Positions 39,357 to 48,416 of a stretch of DNA of 64,000 nucleotides are shown here, piece by piece. Numbering within the stretch: the first letter of the stretch is position 1; each line of letters opens with the position of its first letter. Source of the stretch: an uncultured Burkholderiaceae bacterium (lineage in GTDB: Bacteria > Pseudomonadota > Gammaproteobacteria > Burkholderiales > Burkholderiaceae_D). The notes under the pieces were generated by a model, which did not search any database, was not told where the DNA came from, and saw only the letters and a list, made by a program, of their open reading frames with translations. Where the stretch lies: positions 1,350-65,349 of the forward strand of contig CAXTDA010000001.1 of assembly GCA_964242935.1 (NCBI GenBank). The letters are read 5' to 3'. The position numbers and the translations under genes are program-made.

Positions 39357-40313
39357 GTGAGGCTGGTCACCATCGACGACGGCCGCCGCGGCGTGTCGGG
39401 CGCGCTGCTGCGCAACGGCGATGTCGTCGATCTGCGTCGTGCGGCTTTGCCCGATACCGTCGAGACGTGGATCCCGTCCGACTTGCGAGCGTTGCTCGAA
39501 GCAGGCGCCGAAGGGATGGACATCGCGCGTCGCGTCGTCGACCGCATCGAAGCGCTCGACGACGAACGGCGCAAGGTGCTGTTCGATCAGCGGGCGCTCC
39601 TGCCGTCGGCGACGCCGCTGCTCGCGCCGCTCGCCGAGCCGAGGCTGATCCTGGCCGCCGGTCTCGCCTATCGATCGCATCTCGCGGAAATGGCCGGCAC
39701 CCCGGTGCCGAAGCATCCCACCGCCTTCATGAAGAGTCCGACATCGATCACCGGGCCCGGCGCGGCGATCCGCGTCCCCGCGGACGCGGCCGCCCACGTC
39801 GATTACGAAGGCGAACTGGCGGTGGTCTTCGGGCGCGACTGTCACGGCGTATCCGAGGCCGATGCGATGGACTACGTGGCCGGCTACACGGTCGCGAACG
39901 ACGTGTCGGCGCGTGACTGGGTGCGCGAGGTCTGGCAGGCGAGCGAACCCTGGGAGGCGCGCCTGACCTGGGAAGTCAACATCATGGGCAAGCAATTTCC
40001 CGGCTTCACGGCGTTGGGGCCGGCGCTGCTCACCCGGGACGAGGTGCCGGACGTCCGGCAGCTGTGCCTGACGACCCGACTCAACGGCATCACGATGCAA
40101 TCGTCGACGGTCGCGGACCTGATCTTCGAATTGCCCGCGGTGATCGCGTGGTTCTCGCGTTGGTACGGCTTCACCGCCGGCGACGTGCTGCTCACCGGAA
40201 CGCCGGCCGGCGTCGGCGTCGGCCGGAAGCCGCCGGTCTTCATGCATCCGGGCGACACGATCGAGGTGCACATCGACGGCATCGGGACCTTGCGGAACAC
40301 GATCTCGGATTGA
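39357..40313 (+). CDS. Fumarylacetoacetate hydrolase family protein
   Basis: FMKSP, DYEGELAVV, NDVSARD, GDVLLTGTPAGVG. Confidence 0.92.
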   Translation: MRLVTIDDGRRGVSGALLRNGDVVDLRRAALPDTVETWIPSDLRALLEAGAEGMDIARRVVDRIEALDDERRKVLFDQRALLPSATPLLAPLAEPRLILAAGLAYRSHLAEMAGTPVPKHPTAFMKSPTSITGPGAAIRVPADAAAHVDYEGELAVVFGRDCHGVSEADAMDYVAGYTVANDVSARDWVREVWQASEPWEARLTWEVNIMGKQFPGFTALGPALLTRDEVPDVRQLCLTTRLNGITMQSSTVADLIFELPAVIAWFSRWYGFTAGDVLLTGTPAGVGVGRKPPVFMHPGDTIEVHIDGIGTLRNTISD

Positions 40314-40403
40314 TCCGTCCGGTGTCGCCGGCCGATCGGGGTCCGCGGCCCGAGGTCGCGGATCTTCAGGGTCGGGAGCGTCGTACGACGGGGGAAGGCG
40401 CCG

Positions 40404-40820
40404 TCACGGCTCCGCCCCGCCCGGTCGTCTTTTCAGACATCGGTCGCAGCGACCGTGCAGCGTCAGGTCGTGCCGCTCCACGCGAAAGCCCTGCGGCGCC
40501 AGATCCGTCATCGGACCGGGGCAGGCGTGGATGGGGAACACCCGTTCGCAGACGTCGCAATGGAAATGATGGTGATGGTGTCCCGCCGCCGTCACCGTCT
40601 CTTCGCACGGTGCCTCGTAGCGCGGAGACTGGCCGGGCAGTTCCACCGGCGACAGGGTCCCCTCTTCGACCAGACCCTTCAGCTGCCGATAGACGGTGGG
40701 CAGGCTGAGCCTCGGGACGTCGCGGGACGCTTCCGCCTGGATCTCCACGGGGCTGAGCGAACGGCCGCTCGAGTACAGGACGTTGAGGATCGCATCGCGT
40801 TGCCTGGTGTTCCGTTTCAT
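40404..40820 (-). CDS. Fur/Zur family transcriptional regulator
   Basis: TRQRDAI, PTVYRQL, HHHHHFHCDVC, CDRC; start re-called. Confidence 0.88.
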   Translation of the reverse strand: MKRNTRQRDAILNVLYSSGRSLSPVEIQAEASRDVPRLSLPTVYRQLKGLVEEGTLSPVELPGQSPRYEAPCEETVTAAGHHHHHFHCDVCERVFPIHACPGPMTDLAPQGFRVERHDLTLHGRCDRCLKRRPGGAEP

Positions 40821-40982
40821 GCGGTGATGATACTGACTTCGCGTTGCCGGTAGCGCGCGGTACCGACGCTGCTCGCGTCGAAGAACCGAAGCGATGGCCG
40901 CCGCCGCGCCGCGGAGGCCGGCGGTCGCGACGCTTCCCGTCGGGATCGCTCGGCGCTTGCACTGCTCTTGGCGCGTCACGCC

Positions 40983-41120
40983 ATCGGCGCCGACCATGCG
41001 CATCTCGCTCATCAGCGCCTCGATGCGCGGATCGGAGTCGTCGAGGATCGTGAGCTTCCGCTCCTCGAAGCGCTCGTACGGATCCCATCCCTTCGGAATC
41101 AGGTCGCTCCACTGGGTCCT
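40983..41120 (-). pseudogene. Possible DUF3299-like N-terminal remnant
   Basis: Peptide TQWSDLIPKGWDPY...LDDSDPRIEALMSEMR resembles betaproteobacterial DUF3299 N-termini (from memory); rest of the domain absent. Confidence 0.4.
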
Positions 41121-41298
41121 TCGCCACGGCCGGTCCGGGGTTCGCGGTCGGTGCCGGCGCGAGCGCCACGACGACCGCCTCGGTCCGCGGGACCCGCGGC
41201 GCACGAAAAGCCCCATCATTGTTATTGCAAACGAACTGTCATTACTGTTAGTGTTCGCGACGCCACGCCGCGGGCGTGATTTTTTCGGTTGACAGACG

Positions 41299-42003
41299 AT
41301 GTTGCGCACCATCGCGCTGACGAAGCGCTACGGCGGTCAGACGGCTCTCGATCGCCTCGACCTGGACATCCGTGCGGGTGACATCTATTGCCTGCTCGGT
41401 GCCAACGGGGCCGGGAAGACCACGACCATCAACCTCTTCCTCAACTTCGTCGAGCCGAGCGAGGGGACGGCGCTGATCGACGGACTGGACGTCACCACGT
41501 CGCCGCTCGCGACGAAACGGGTCGTGGCCTACATCCCCGAGCAGGTCGCGCTTTACGGCGTCCTGAGCGGCCTCGAGAACCTGCGCTACTTCTCCGCGCT
41601 CGCGTCGGGCCGCACGCTGCCCCGCAGTCGTCTGCTCGAACTGCTGGCCGACGTGGGTCTCGACGCCGCGGCCGCGGACCAGCGGGTATCGGCCTACTCC
41701 AAGGGCATGCGACAGAAGGTGTGGATCGCCGTCGCGCTGGCCAAGGATGCCAAGGCCTTCCTGCTCGACGAGCCGACGTCGGGACTCGACCCGCAGGCGG
41801 CGAGCGAATTCTCCGATCTGCTGAAGCGCGCCAGCGACCGCGGCGTGGCCGTGCTGACCACGACGCACGATCTCTTCCATGCACGCCATACCGCGACGCG
41901 CATCGGCATCATGAAACGAGGCCGGCTCGTCGACAGCCTCGACAACCAGCGGATCGGCGAGACCGATCTGCAGGCGCTGTATCTCCAGCACATGCGAGCC
42001 TGA
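41299..42003 (+). CDS. ABC ATP-binding protein (ABC-2 type)
   Basis: GANGAGKT, YSKGMRQK, LLDEPTSGLDP, THD. Confidence 0.93.
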   Translation: MLRTIALTKRYGGQTALDRLDLDIRAGDIYCLLGANGAGKTTTINLFLNFVEPSEGTALIDGLDVTTSPLATKRVVAYIPEQVALYGVLSGLENLRYFSALASGRTLPRSRLLELLADVGLDAAAADQRVSAYSKGMRQKVWIAVALAKDAKAFLLDEPTSGLDPQAASEFSDLLKRASDRGVAVLTTTHDLFHARHTATRIGIMKRGRLVDSLDNQRIGETDLQALYLQHMRA

Positions 42004-42005
42004 CG

Positions 42006-43403
42006 ATGGTGTGGCGTCTCGCGATCAAGGACGTGCTGGAGCGCTGGCGGGACGGTCGCCTGCCGTGGGCCGGCGGGGCCGTCGTCCTGCTGTTGCTCGC
42101 GGCGCTGGCCGTCGGCTTCGACCGTCAGCGCGCGGCACGGGCCGAGCAGACCGCCGGTCAGGCGCTCGATTACCAGGACTGGCTGAAGCAGGGGCGGCGC
42201 CATCCGCACGACGCGGCGCATCAGGGCATGCACGCGTTCAAGCCCGATGCCGTGCTCGCCATCGTCGACCCGGGCATCAATCCCTATATCGGCAGCACGG
42301 TGTGGTTGCAGGCCCATCGCCAGAGCGAGGTCAAGTTCCGGCCCGCGCAGGACGCGACCGGGCTGCAGCGCTTCGGCGACCTGTCGGCGTCGTGGGTCCT
42401 GCAGGTGCTCGGTCCGCTGCTCGTGATCGTGCTCGGCTTCAACGCCTTCGCCGGCGAGCGGGAGCAGGGGACCTTGCGGCAACTGGTGAGTCTCGGCGTC
42501 TCGCCCCGGCAACTGCTGGCCGGCAAGGCGATCGCGCTGCTCGCGTGTCTGGCCGTGCTGCTCGCGCCGGCGGGCGCGGTCGCCGCCGTGGCGATCGCGA
42601 TCACCGGCGACGCAGCGGCAGGCGTGGACGCGGCCGTCCGCTTCGTGTCGCTCGCCGCCGCCTACGGCCTCTACCTGACGACGTTCGTGTTCGTCGCGCT
42701 CGGCGTCTCGGCGCTGGCCCCGACTTCGCGGGTGGCCATCACGGTCCTGATGGCGTTGTGGATCGGGCAGGCGGTGGTGGCGCCGCGCGTGATGTCCGAG
42801 GCGGCGCGGATCCGCTATCCCACCCCCACGCGGCTCCAGTTCGACGAGGCGCTGGCCGTCGACTGGAAGGCGACGTCCGACCGGACGTGGATGCAGGCTT
42901 TCGGCACGACCGATCGCTGGGGCCCCGAGGTTCCGTTGAACCGGTGGGGCCTCGCGCTGCAACTCGACGACCACGCCAACTACCAGGTCTACGACCGCCA
43001 ATTCGGTCGGCTGTGGGACACGTGGGAGCGGCAGCAGGCGCTCCAGGAGTGGAGCGGCGTCGCGCTGCCGATGCTCGCGGTCCGTGCGTTCTCGATGGCT
43101 CTGGCCGGCACGGACTTCGCCCACCATCGCGCCTTCACCACGGCAGCGGAGCTGCATCGCCGCACGATTCAGAACCTCGTCAGCGAGGACCTGGTCGCGC
43201 ATGCCGATCCGCTCGGCGACCAGCACTTCGCTTACCAGGCCGGTTCCGCATTCTGGGCGAAGGTGCCGCCGTTCGCGTATCGCCCGCCCACCGCGGGGTG
43301 GGCGTTGCGACGAGGATGGCGCGCGTCGCTCGCCCTGGTCGCCGCTTTCGTGCTCGCGGTCGCGTTCGCGATCGCCGCCACCAGCCGCCGGCGGATGCCG
43401 TGA
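42006..43403 (+). CDS. ABC-2 permease with DUF3526-type domain
   Basis: HPHDAAH, VWLQAHRQSE, RFGDLS, EREQGTLRQL. Confidence 0.85.
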   Translation: MVWRLAIKDVLERWRDGRLPWAGGAVVLLLLAALAVGFDRQRAARAEQTAGQALDYQDWLKQGRRHPHDAAHQGMHAFKPDAVLAIVDPGINPYIGSTVWLQAHRQSEVKFRPAQDATGLQRFGDLSASWVLQVLGPLLVIVLGFNAFAGEREQGTLRQLVSLGVSPRQLLAGKAIALLACLAVLLAPAGAVAAVAIAITGDAAAGVDAAVRFVSLAAAYGLYLTTFVFVALGVSALAPTSRVAITVLMALWIGQAVVAPRVMSEAARIRYPTPTRLQFDEALAVDWKATSDRTWMQAFGTTDRWGPEVPLNRWGLALQLDDHANYQVYDRQFGRLWDTWERQQALQEWSGVALPMLAVRAFSMALAGTDFAHHRAFTTAAELHRRTIQNLVSEDLVAHADPLGDQHFAYQAGSAFWAKVPPFAYRPPTAGWALRRGWRASLALVAAFVLAVAFAIAATSRRRMP

Positions 43404-44920
43404 TGGCGATGCCGTCGAACGCGCGCTCGTCCGCCGGCAAGGCTTCCGTGGATCGGGCCGGCGGCAGCGAACAGCGGTGGCGGCTGCTCCTCGTCCTGCG
43501 GCAGGAGTTGCGCCTGCTGTTCGCCGACCGGAGCCTGTGGTGGGCCGGTGCCCTGTTCGTCCTGCTGCTCGGGTATGCGCTCCACAACGGCATTGCGCAG
43601 ACGCGGGCGCGCGGCGAAGCGCAGGTGGCGCTGCTGGCGAGCGACACGAGCAAGCGGGCCGAGCAGCTCGAGCGACTGAAGCGCATTCTCGACGGGACCG
43701 AGCCGGCGACGCCGTTCGGCAACCCGGCCAACCCCGAGCACATGGGCGGAGGCTACGGTGCCCACCATGCGTGGATGCCGGCCGCTCCGCTGTCGCCGGT
43801 GGCGCTCGGACAGTCCGACCTGTTCCCGAGCCAGTACGCGGTGAGCTACCGGAGCAAGGTCTCGTTCATCGACGACGACATCGAGAACCCCTGGCACCTG
43901 CTGAGCGGGCACTTCGACCTCGCGTTCGTCCTCGTCTATCTGCTGCCGCTGCTGATTTTCTCGACCAGCTACAACCTGCTGTCGGCGGAGCGCGAGAGCG
44001 GCACGCTGCGGCTGCTGTTGTCCCAGCCGCTGGCAATGAGGACGCTGCTGCTCGGCAAGGTCGGTTCGCGTGCGTGCGTGCTGCTCGGTCTGGCGATGGC
44101 CGTGCCCGCGGTCGCGCTGGTCGCGATCCGCCCGGCCGAGACGATGGATGCGGGGCTGGACGCGCTGTGGTGGATCCTGATCGTCGGTGCCTACGCGACG
44201 TTCTGGTTCGCGTTGGTCGTGGTGGTCAATGCCTTCGGCCGATCGTCGGCGACCAATGCGATGGTGCTGGTGATCGCCTGGGTGATGCTGGTCCTCGTCG
44301 TTCCGGTGCTGCTCAACCTGGTGGTGACGTCCGTCAGTCCGGTGCCGTCGCGGTTGGAACTGGCCGCACGGATCCGGGTGGTGACCGCGGATGCGATGGC
44401 CCGCAACGCGAAGCTGCTGGCCACCGACTACGCGCACGTCGGCAAGCCGGAGCGCCTCGTGCCGAAGGACGGCCGTATCGCGCTGGCCGGGCGTGCGCTC
44501 GCCAACTATGCGATCGAGCGCCAGGTCGACGAGACGATGGAACCCGAACTGCGCCGCTTCGGCGCGCAGCAAGCGCGTCAGCAGGCGCTGGTCGCGCGTT
44601 ACGAAGCGTTGTCGCCGGCCGCCGTCGCCTACGAAGCGATGACCGCGCTTGCCGGCAACGGCGAGCGACGGCACGCGCACTTCCTGCGGCTCGTCGACGC
44701 CTACCACCACGACTGGAAGGGCTTTTTCTTCCCGCGGATCGAAGAAGGCCGTGCCTTGACGCCGGCCGACTACGCCCGCATGCCGGTCTACGTCTGGCGC
44801 GAAGAGAACCGCGCCGACGTGACCCGCACGGCGGCCATCGCCGTCGGTCAACTGCTGCTGCCCGCGCTCGTGCTGCTCGCCGTCGGCGGATGGCGTCTGC
44901 GGCGCTATCGAGTGGCCTGA
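43403..44920 (+). CDS. ABC-2 permease with DUF3526-type domain
   Basis: LGQSDLFP, ENPWHLLSGHFDLAFV, ERESGTLRLL; start overlaps upstream stop. Confidence 0.85.
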   Translation: MAMPSNARSSAGKASVDRAGGSEQRWRLLLVLRQELRLLFADRSLWWAGALFVLLLGYALHNGIAQTRARGEAQVALLASDTSKRAEQLERLKRILDGTEPATPFGNPANPEHMGGGYGAHHAWMPAAPLSPVALGQSDLFPSQYAVSYRSKVSFIDDDIENPWHLLSGHFDLAFVLVYLLPLLIFSTSYNLLSAERESGTLRLLLSQPLAMRTLLLGKVGSRACVLLGLAMAVPAVALVAIRPAETMDAGLDALWWILIVGAYATFWFALVVVVNAFGRSSATNAMVLVIAWVMLVLVVPVLLNLVVTSVSPVPSRLELAARIRVVTADAMARNAKLLATDYAHVGKPERLVPKDGRIALAGRALANYAIERQVDETMEPELRRFGAQQARQQALVARYEALSPAAVAYEAMTALAGNGERRHAHFLRLVDAYHHDWKGFFFPRIEEGRALTPADYARMPVYVWREENRADVTRTAAIAVGQLLLPALVLLAVGGWRLRRYRVA

Positions 44921-44952
44921 CGCAACGCACATCAACAACCCGAGGGAAGCGC

Positions 44953-47142
44953 ATGCACGCCATGACCCGGGCCGGCCTTGCGACCGCGGCCGTCGCCGTC
45001 GCCGTTCGCGCCGTTGCCGCCGAGGCCCCGAGCACCGTCCTCGATTCCGTCACGGTCGAGGGGCGGCGCGACCGCGACACCCTGCAGCTCGACACGCCGA
45101 CGGCCGATACCGCGACGCGTCTCGGCCTGACGCCGCGCGAGACGCCGGCGACGGTCGACGTCCTGACGCAGGAAACGATGCAGCAGCGCGGCGAGCGGAC
45201 ATTCACCGAGGCGCTGCGCGGCGTGGCGGGCGTGAGCGGCGGCAATCCGCCGTCGGCGCCGACGACGCTGTCGATGCGCGGCTTCACCAACGTGCTGTTC
45301 CTCTACGACGGCGTCCGGACATCCGGTGCCGGCACCGTCAACCGCATCGAGGACACGTGGAACTACGAGCGCATCGAAGTGCTGAAGGGACCGGCGTCCG
45401 TCCTCGACGGCGACACCGCGATCGGCGGCATCGTCAACTTCGTGACGAAGCGGCCGAACCGCGACCGGCCGAGCCGCGAGGCCCTGCTGTCGTACGGCAG
45501 CTACGGATCGATGCGACTCGGCGTCGGCCTCGGCGCCGGCTTCGGCGACGCGGGGGCGTATCGGATCGACTTCAGTCACAACGACACGAAGGTCGGCACG
45601 ATCGCGCGTGACGGCGAGAAGCTCGATCACCTGACGACCGGGGTTCGTTACGACGTCGGTCCGGGCACGCGTCTCGACCTGACGATCGACTACCTGCGCG
45701 ACGACAACGCGGGCTACTTCGGGACGCCGCTCGTGCCGTCGACGTTCGCGACGCAGGCCACCGACGTCGTCAGCGCGCCGAACGGTCTGGTGATCGATCG
45801 ACGGATCGCCCGCAACAACTACAACGTCGTCGACAACGACAATTCTTCGGCGACCTACACCGGCCATGCGCGGCTCACGCATGAGTTGACACCGGAGTGG
45901 ACGCTGCGGAACGAATTCACCGCCAACCACGCGTATCGGTCGTTCCGGAATTCAGAAAGTGCGGTGTTCGTCGCGCCGGGCCTGATCAACCGCGACCAGA
46001 CGTTCATCACCCACAACCAGAACTATTTCTTCGATCGCTTCGACGCGAGCCAGCGCACGACCTGGATGGGTCGCGAGAACCGGCTGGTGGTCGGCGGCGA
46101 ATACGGCAAGACCGGCTTCGACAGCGCCCGTCGCTTCTCCAACGGCAGTGCCGCGACGCTGGCCGGCCTGCGCGCGACCGCAAACGATCCGGCCGACACC
46201 TACTTCAACGACGACCCGACCCTGAGCGTCGGCGGCGGCAACCGGACCGACACGACGTCCGACGTGAAGAACGCCGCGGTCTTCGTCGAGGATGCGCTGA
46301 AGCTGACCGACGCGTTGACCGCGGTGATCGGCTTTCGCCATGATCACATCGACCTCGCTCGCGGCATCCGCGATCTCAATCTGGCCACGTTCACGGCGTT
46401 CGACACTCGATACAACGCCAACTCGCATCGCGTCGGGGCCGTGTACGCGCTGAGCCCGGAGACCAGCGCGTATGCGCAGTATGCGAACGCGACCATCCCG
46501 GTCACGACGCCGTTCCTGCTCTCGGCCAGCAGCACGAGTTTCCCGTTGTCGCGGGGGCGTCAGTTCGAGGTAGGTTTGAAGCAGACGCTGTTCGATCATC
46601 GGCTCGACTGGACCGCCGCGGTCTACAAGATCGGGCTCGACAACGTCCTCTCGCGCGACGAGAACAACGCCAACGTCACGGTGAACAACGGCCGGCAGTC
46701 GTCGCACGGCGTCGAGGTCGCGGTCGCCTGGAAAGCGACGCCGGCATTGACGCTGTCGGGCAATGTCGCGGCGCTCCGCGCGCAGTTCGACAACCTGATC
46801 GAGGCCGGGGGCATCTCGCGTGCCGGGAACACGCCGCCGAACGTGCCGGGGCGCGTGGCCAACCTGTTCGCCGGATACAGCATCCCCGGGCTGCCGTCCG
46901 AGCTGTATGTCGGCGTCAATCACACGTCTTCGATGTACACCGACAACGCGAACCAGATCCGCATCAACGGCCACACCACGGCCGACGCGGCGATCAACTA
47001 CTTCGTTCGCCCCGTGCTGCTGACGTTCCGGGTCCGCAATCTCACCGACAAGCTGTACGCGACCTATGGAGGCCGCGCGACGACGCAGGTCCTGATCGCC
47101 CCGCTGCGGACCTTCGAATTCACGGCGCAGCTCCGGTTCTGA
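44953..47142 (+). CDS. TonB-dependent receptor (siderophore/metal type)
   Basis: Signal peptide, TonB box DSVTVEG, RETPATV, ERIEVLKGPASVL, NLTDKLY, C-terminal Phe. Confidence 0.93.
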   Translation: MHAMTRAGLATAAVAVAVRAVAAEAPSTVLDSVTVEGRRDRDTLQLDTPTADTATRLGLTPRETPATVDVLTQETMQQRGERTFTEALRGVAGVSGGNPPSAPTTLSMRGFTNVLFLYDGVRTSGAGTVNRIEDTWNYERIEVLKGPASVLDGDTAIGGIVNFVTKRPNRDRPSREALLSYGSYGSMRLGVGLGAGFGDAGAYRIDFSHNDTKVGTIARDGEKLDHLTTGVRYDVGPGTRLDLTIDYLRDDNAGYFGTPLVPSTFATQATDVVSAPNGLVIDRRIARNNYNVVDNDNSSATYTGHARLTHELTPEWTLRNEFTANHAYRSFRNSESAVFVAPGLINRDQTFITHNQNYFFDRFDASQRTTWMGRENRLVVGGEYGKTGFDSARRFSNGSAATLAGLRATANDPADTYFNDDPTLSVGGGNRTDTTSDVKNAAVFVEDALKLTDALTAVIGFRHDHIDLARGIRDLNLATFTAFDTRYNANSHRVGAVYALSPETSAYAQYANATIPVTTPFLLSASSTSFPLSRGRQFEVGLKQTLFDHRLDWTAAVYKIGLDNVLSRDENNANVTVNNGRQSSHGVEVAVAWKATPALTLSGNVAALRAQFDNLIEAGGISRAGNTPPNVPGRVANLFAGYSIPGLPSELYVGVNHTSSMYTDNANQIRINGHTTADAAINYFVRPVLLTFRVRNLTDKLYATYGGRATTQVLIAPLRTFEFTAQLRF

Positions 47143-47167
47143 TCCGCACCAGCAAGCGACTCTCGTT

Positions 47168-48382
47168 CTACTGCACTGCCTCGCTCAACTGCCGCACGGC
47201 CCGCGCGAGCAAAGCGATGCCGGCATCGATCTCGGGAACGGTCGCGGTCACGAAGGACAGGCGCAGCGTCGCGTCGTCGCCGTCGCCGTCGTGCAGGTAG
47301 AAGGCCGAGCCGGGGACGAACGCGACGCCGTTCTCGAGGGCGATCGGAAGCAACGCGCTCGCGGAAAGCCCTGCCGCCAGCCGCGCCCAGATGAACATGC
47401 CGCCACCGGGGACGTTCCACTGCAGTGCCTGGGCGGCGCCGTGACCGTCTGCACCGAACTCCCGGCCCAACGCCGCGAGCATGGCGTCGCGCTGAACCCT
47501 GTACCGCGCCCGGATGGACGCGACATGGCGGCCGAGGAAGCCGTCTTCGATGACCGCCGCCACGACACGCTGCGCGAAGGTCGACGGTTGTAGATCGGCT
47601 GCCTGCTTGGCCATCGCCAATCGCTTGTGCACCTCGCGCGGGGCGACCGCGAAGCCGAGCCGCAAGCCGGGTGCCAGGACCTTCGAGAACGTCCCGAGGT
47701 AGACGGTGTCCTCGGGCGCGAGCGCCGCCAGCGGCAGCGGGGGCGGCGCGTCGTACCAGAGGTCGCCGTACGGATTGTCTTCGACGAGCGGCAGTCCGAG
47801 GTCGACCGCCCGTTCAACGAGGTCGGCCCGACGCGCGGCGCTGATCGTCCGCCCCGTGGGATTCTGGAAGGTCGGCAGCACGTACAGGAATCGCGGCTTC
47901 GCACCGTCCGCACACCGATCGGCGAAGTGATCGAGATCGATGCCGTCCGCGTCGCCTCGCACGTCGGCGACCTCGGGTTCGACGGTGCCGAAGGCCTGCA
48001 GCGCGCCGGGGTACGTGGGCCGTTCGACGAGGATTCGATCCCCACGGTCGACCAGCGCGCGACCGACCAGGTCGAGCCCCTGTTGCGAGCCGTTGGTGAT
48101 CAACACCTGTTCGGCGCGGACCGGCCACGGCAGGCTCCTGGCGACGGCCTCCCGCAACTCGGGAAGTCCCTCGGTGGCGGTGTATTGCAACGACGACGCA
48201 GCGTCGGCGCCCGTCAGGATGCGCTCGCAAGCCTGCCGGAAAGCCGCCACCGGAAAGGCTCTCGGCGACGGCATGCCGGCCGCCAGACCGATGATGCGAC
48301 CCGACTCTTCGACGATGCGGTTCAGGTCACGAATGATCGAAGGCGCGGCGCGGCGCGTGCGGGACGCGAAGGCCCAGGTCAT
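47168..48382 (-). CDS. PLP-dependent aminotransferase class I (LysN/aromatic AT-like)
   Basis: ITNGSQQGL, PTFQNPTG, EDNPY, GTFSKVLAPGLRLG, RLSF. Confidence 0.92.
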   Translation of the reverse strand: MTWAFASRTRRAAPSIIRDLNRIVEESGRIIGLAAGMPSPRAFPVAAFRQACERILTGADAASSLQYTATEGLPELREAVARSLPWPVRAEQVLITNGSQQGLDLVGRALVDRGDRILVERPTYPGALQAFGTVEPEVADVRGDADGIDLDHFADRCADGAKPRFLYVLPTFQNPTGRTISAARRADLVERAVDLGLPLVEDNPYGDLWYDAPPPLPLAALAPEDTVYLGTFSKVLAPGLRLGFAVAPREVHKRLAMAKQAADLQPSTFAQRVVAAVIEDGFLGRHVASIRARYRVQRDAMLAALGREFGADGHGAAQALQWNVPGGGMFIWARLAAGLSASALLPIALENGVAFVPGSAFYLHDGDGDDATLRLSFVTATVPEIDAGIALLARAVRQLSEAVQ

Positions 48383-48416
48383 CGGGAACGATTCCTCCGG
48401 GTTGCGGAACGGGACA

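Noticed and set aside
41227-41245. Canonical Fur box
   Set aside because: GCAAACGAACTGTCATTAC has wrong half-site spacing and several mismatches; mentioned only as an imperfect dyad.
43084-47142. Apparent 1352-aa TonB receptor
   Set aside because: The N-terminal ~620 aa is an off-frame read through the permeases; signal peptide and TonB box start at 44953.
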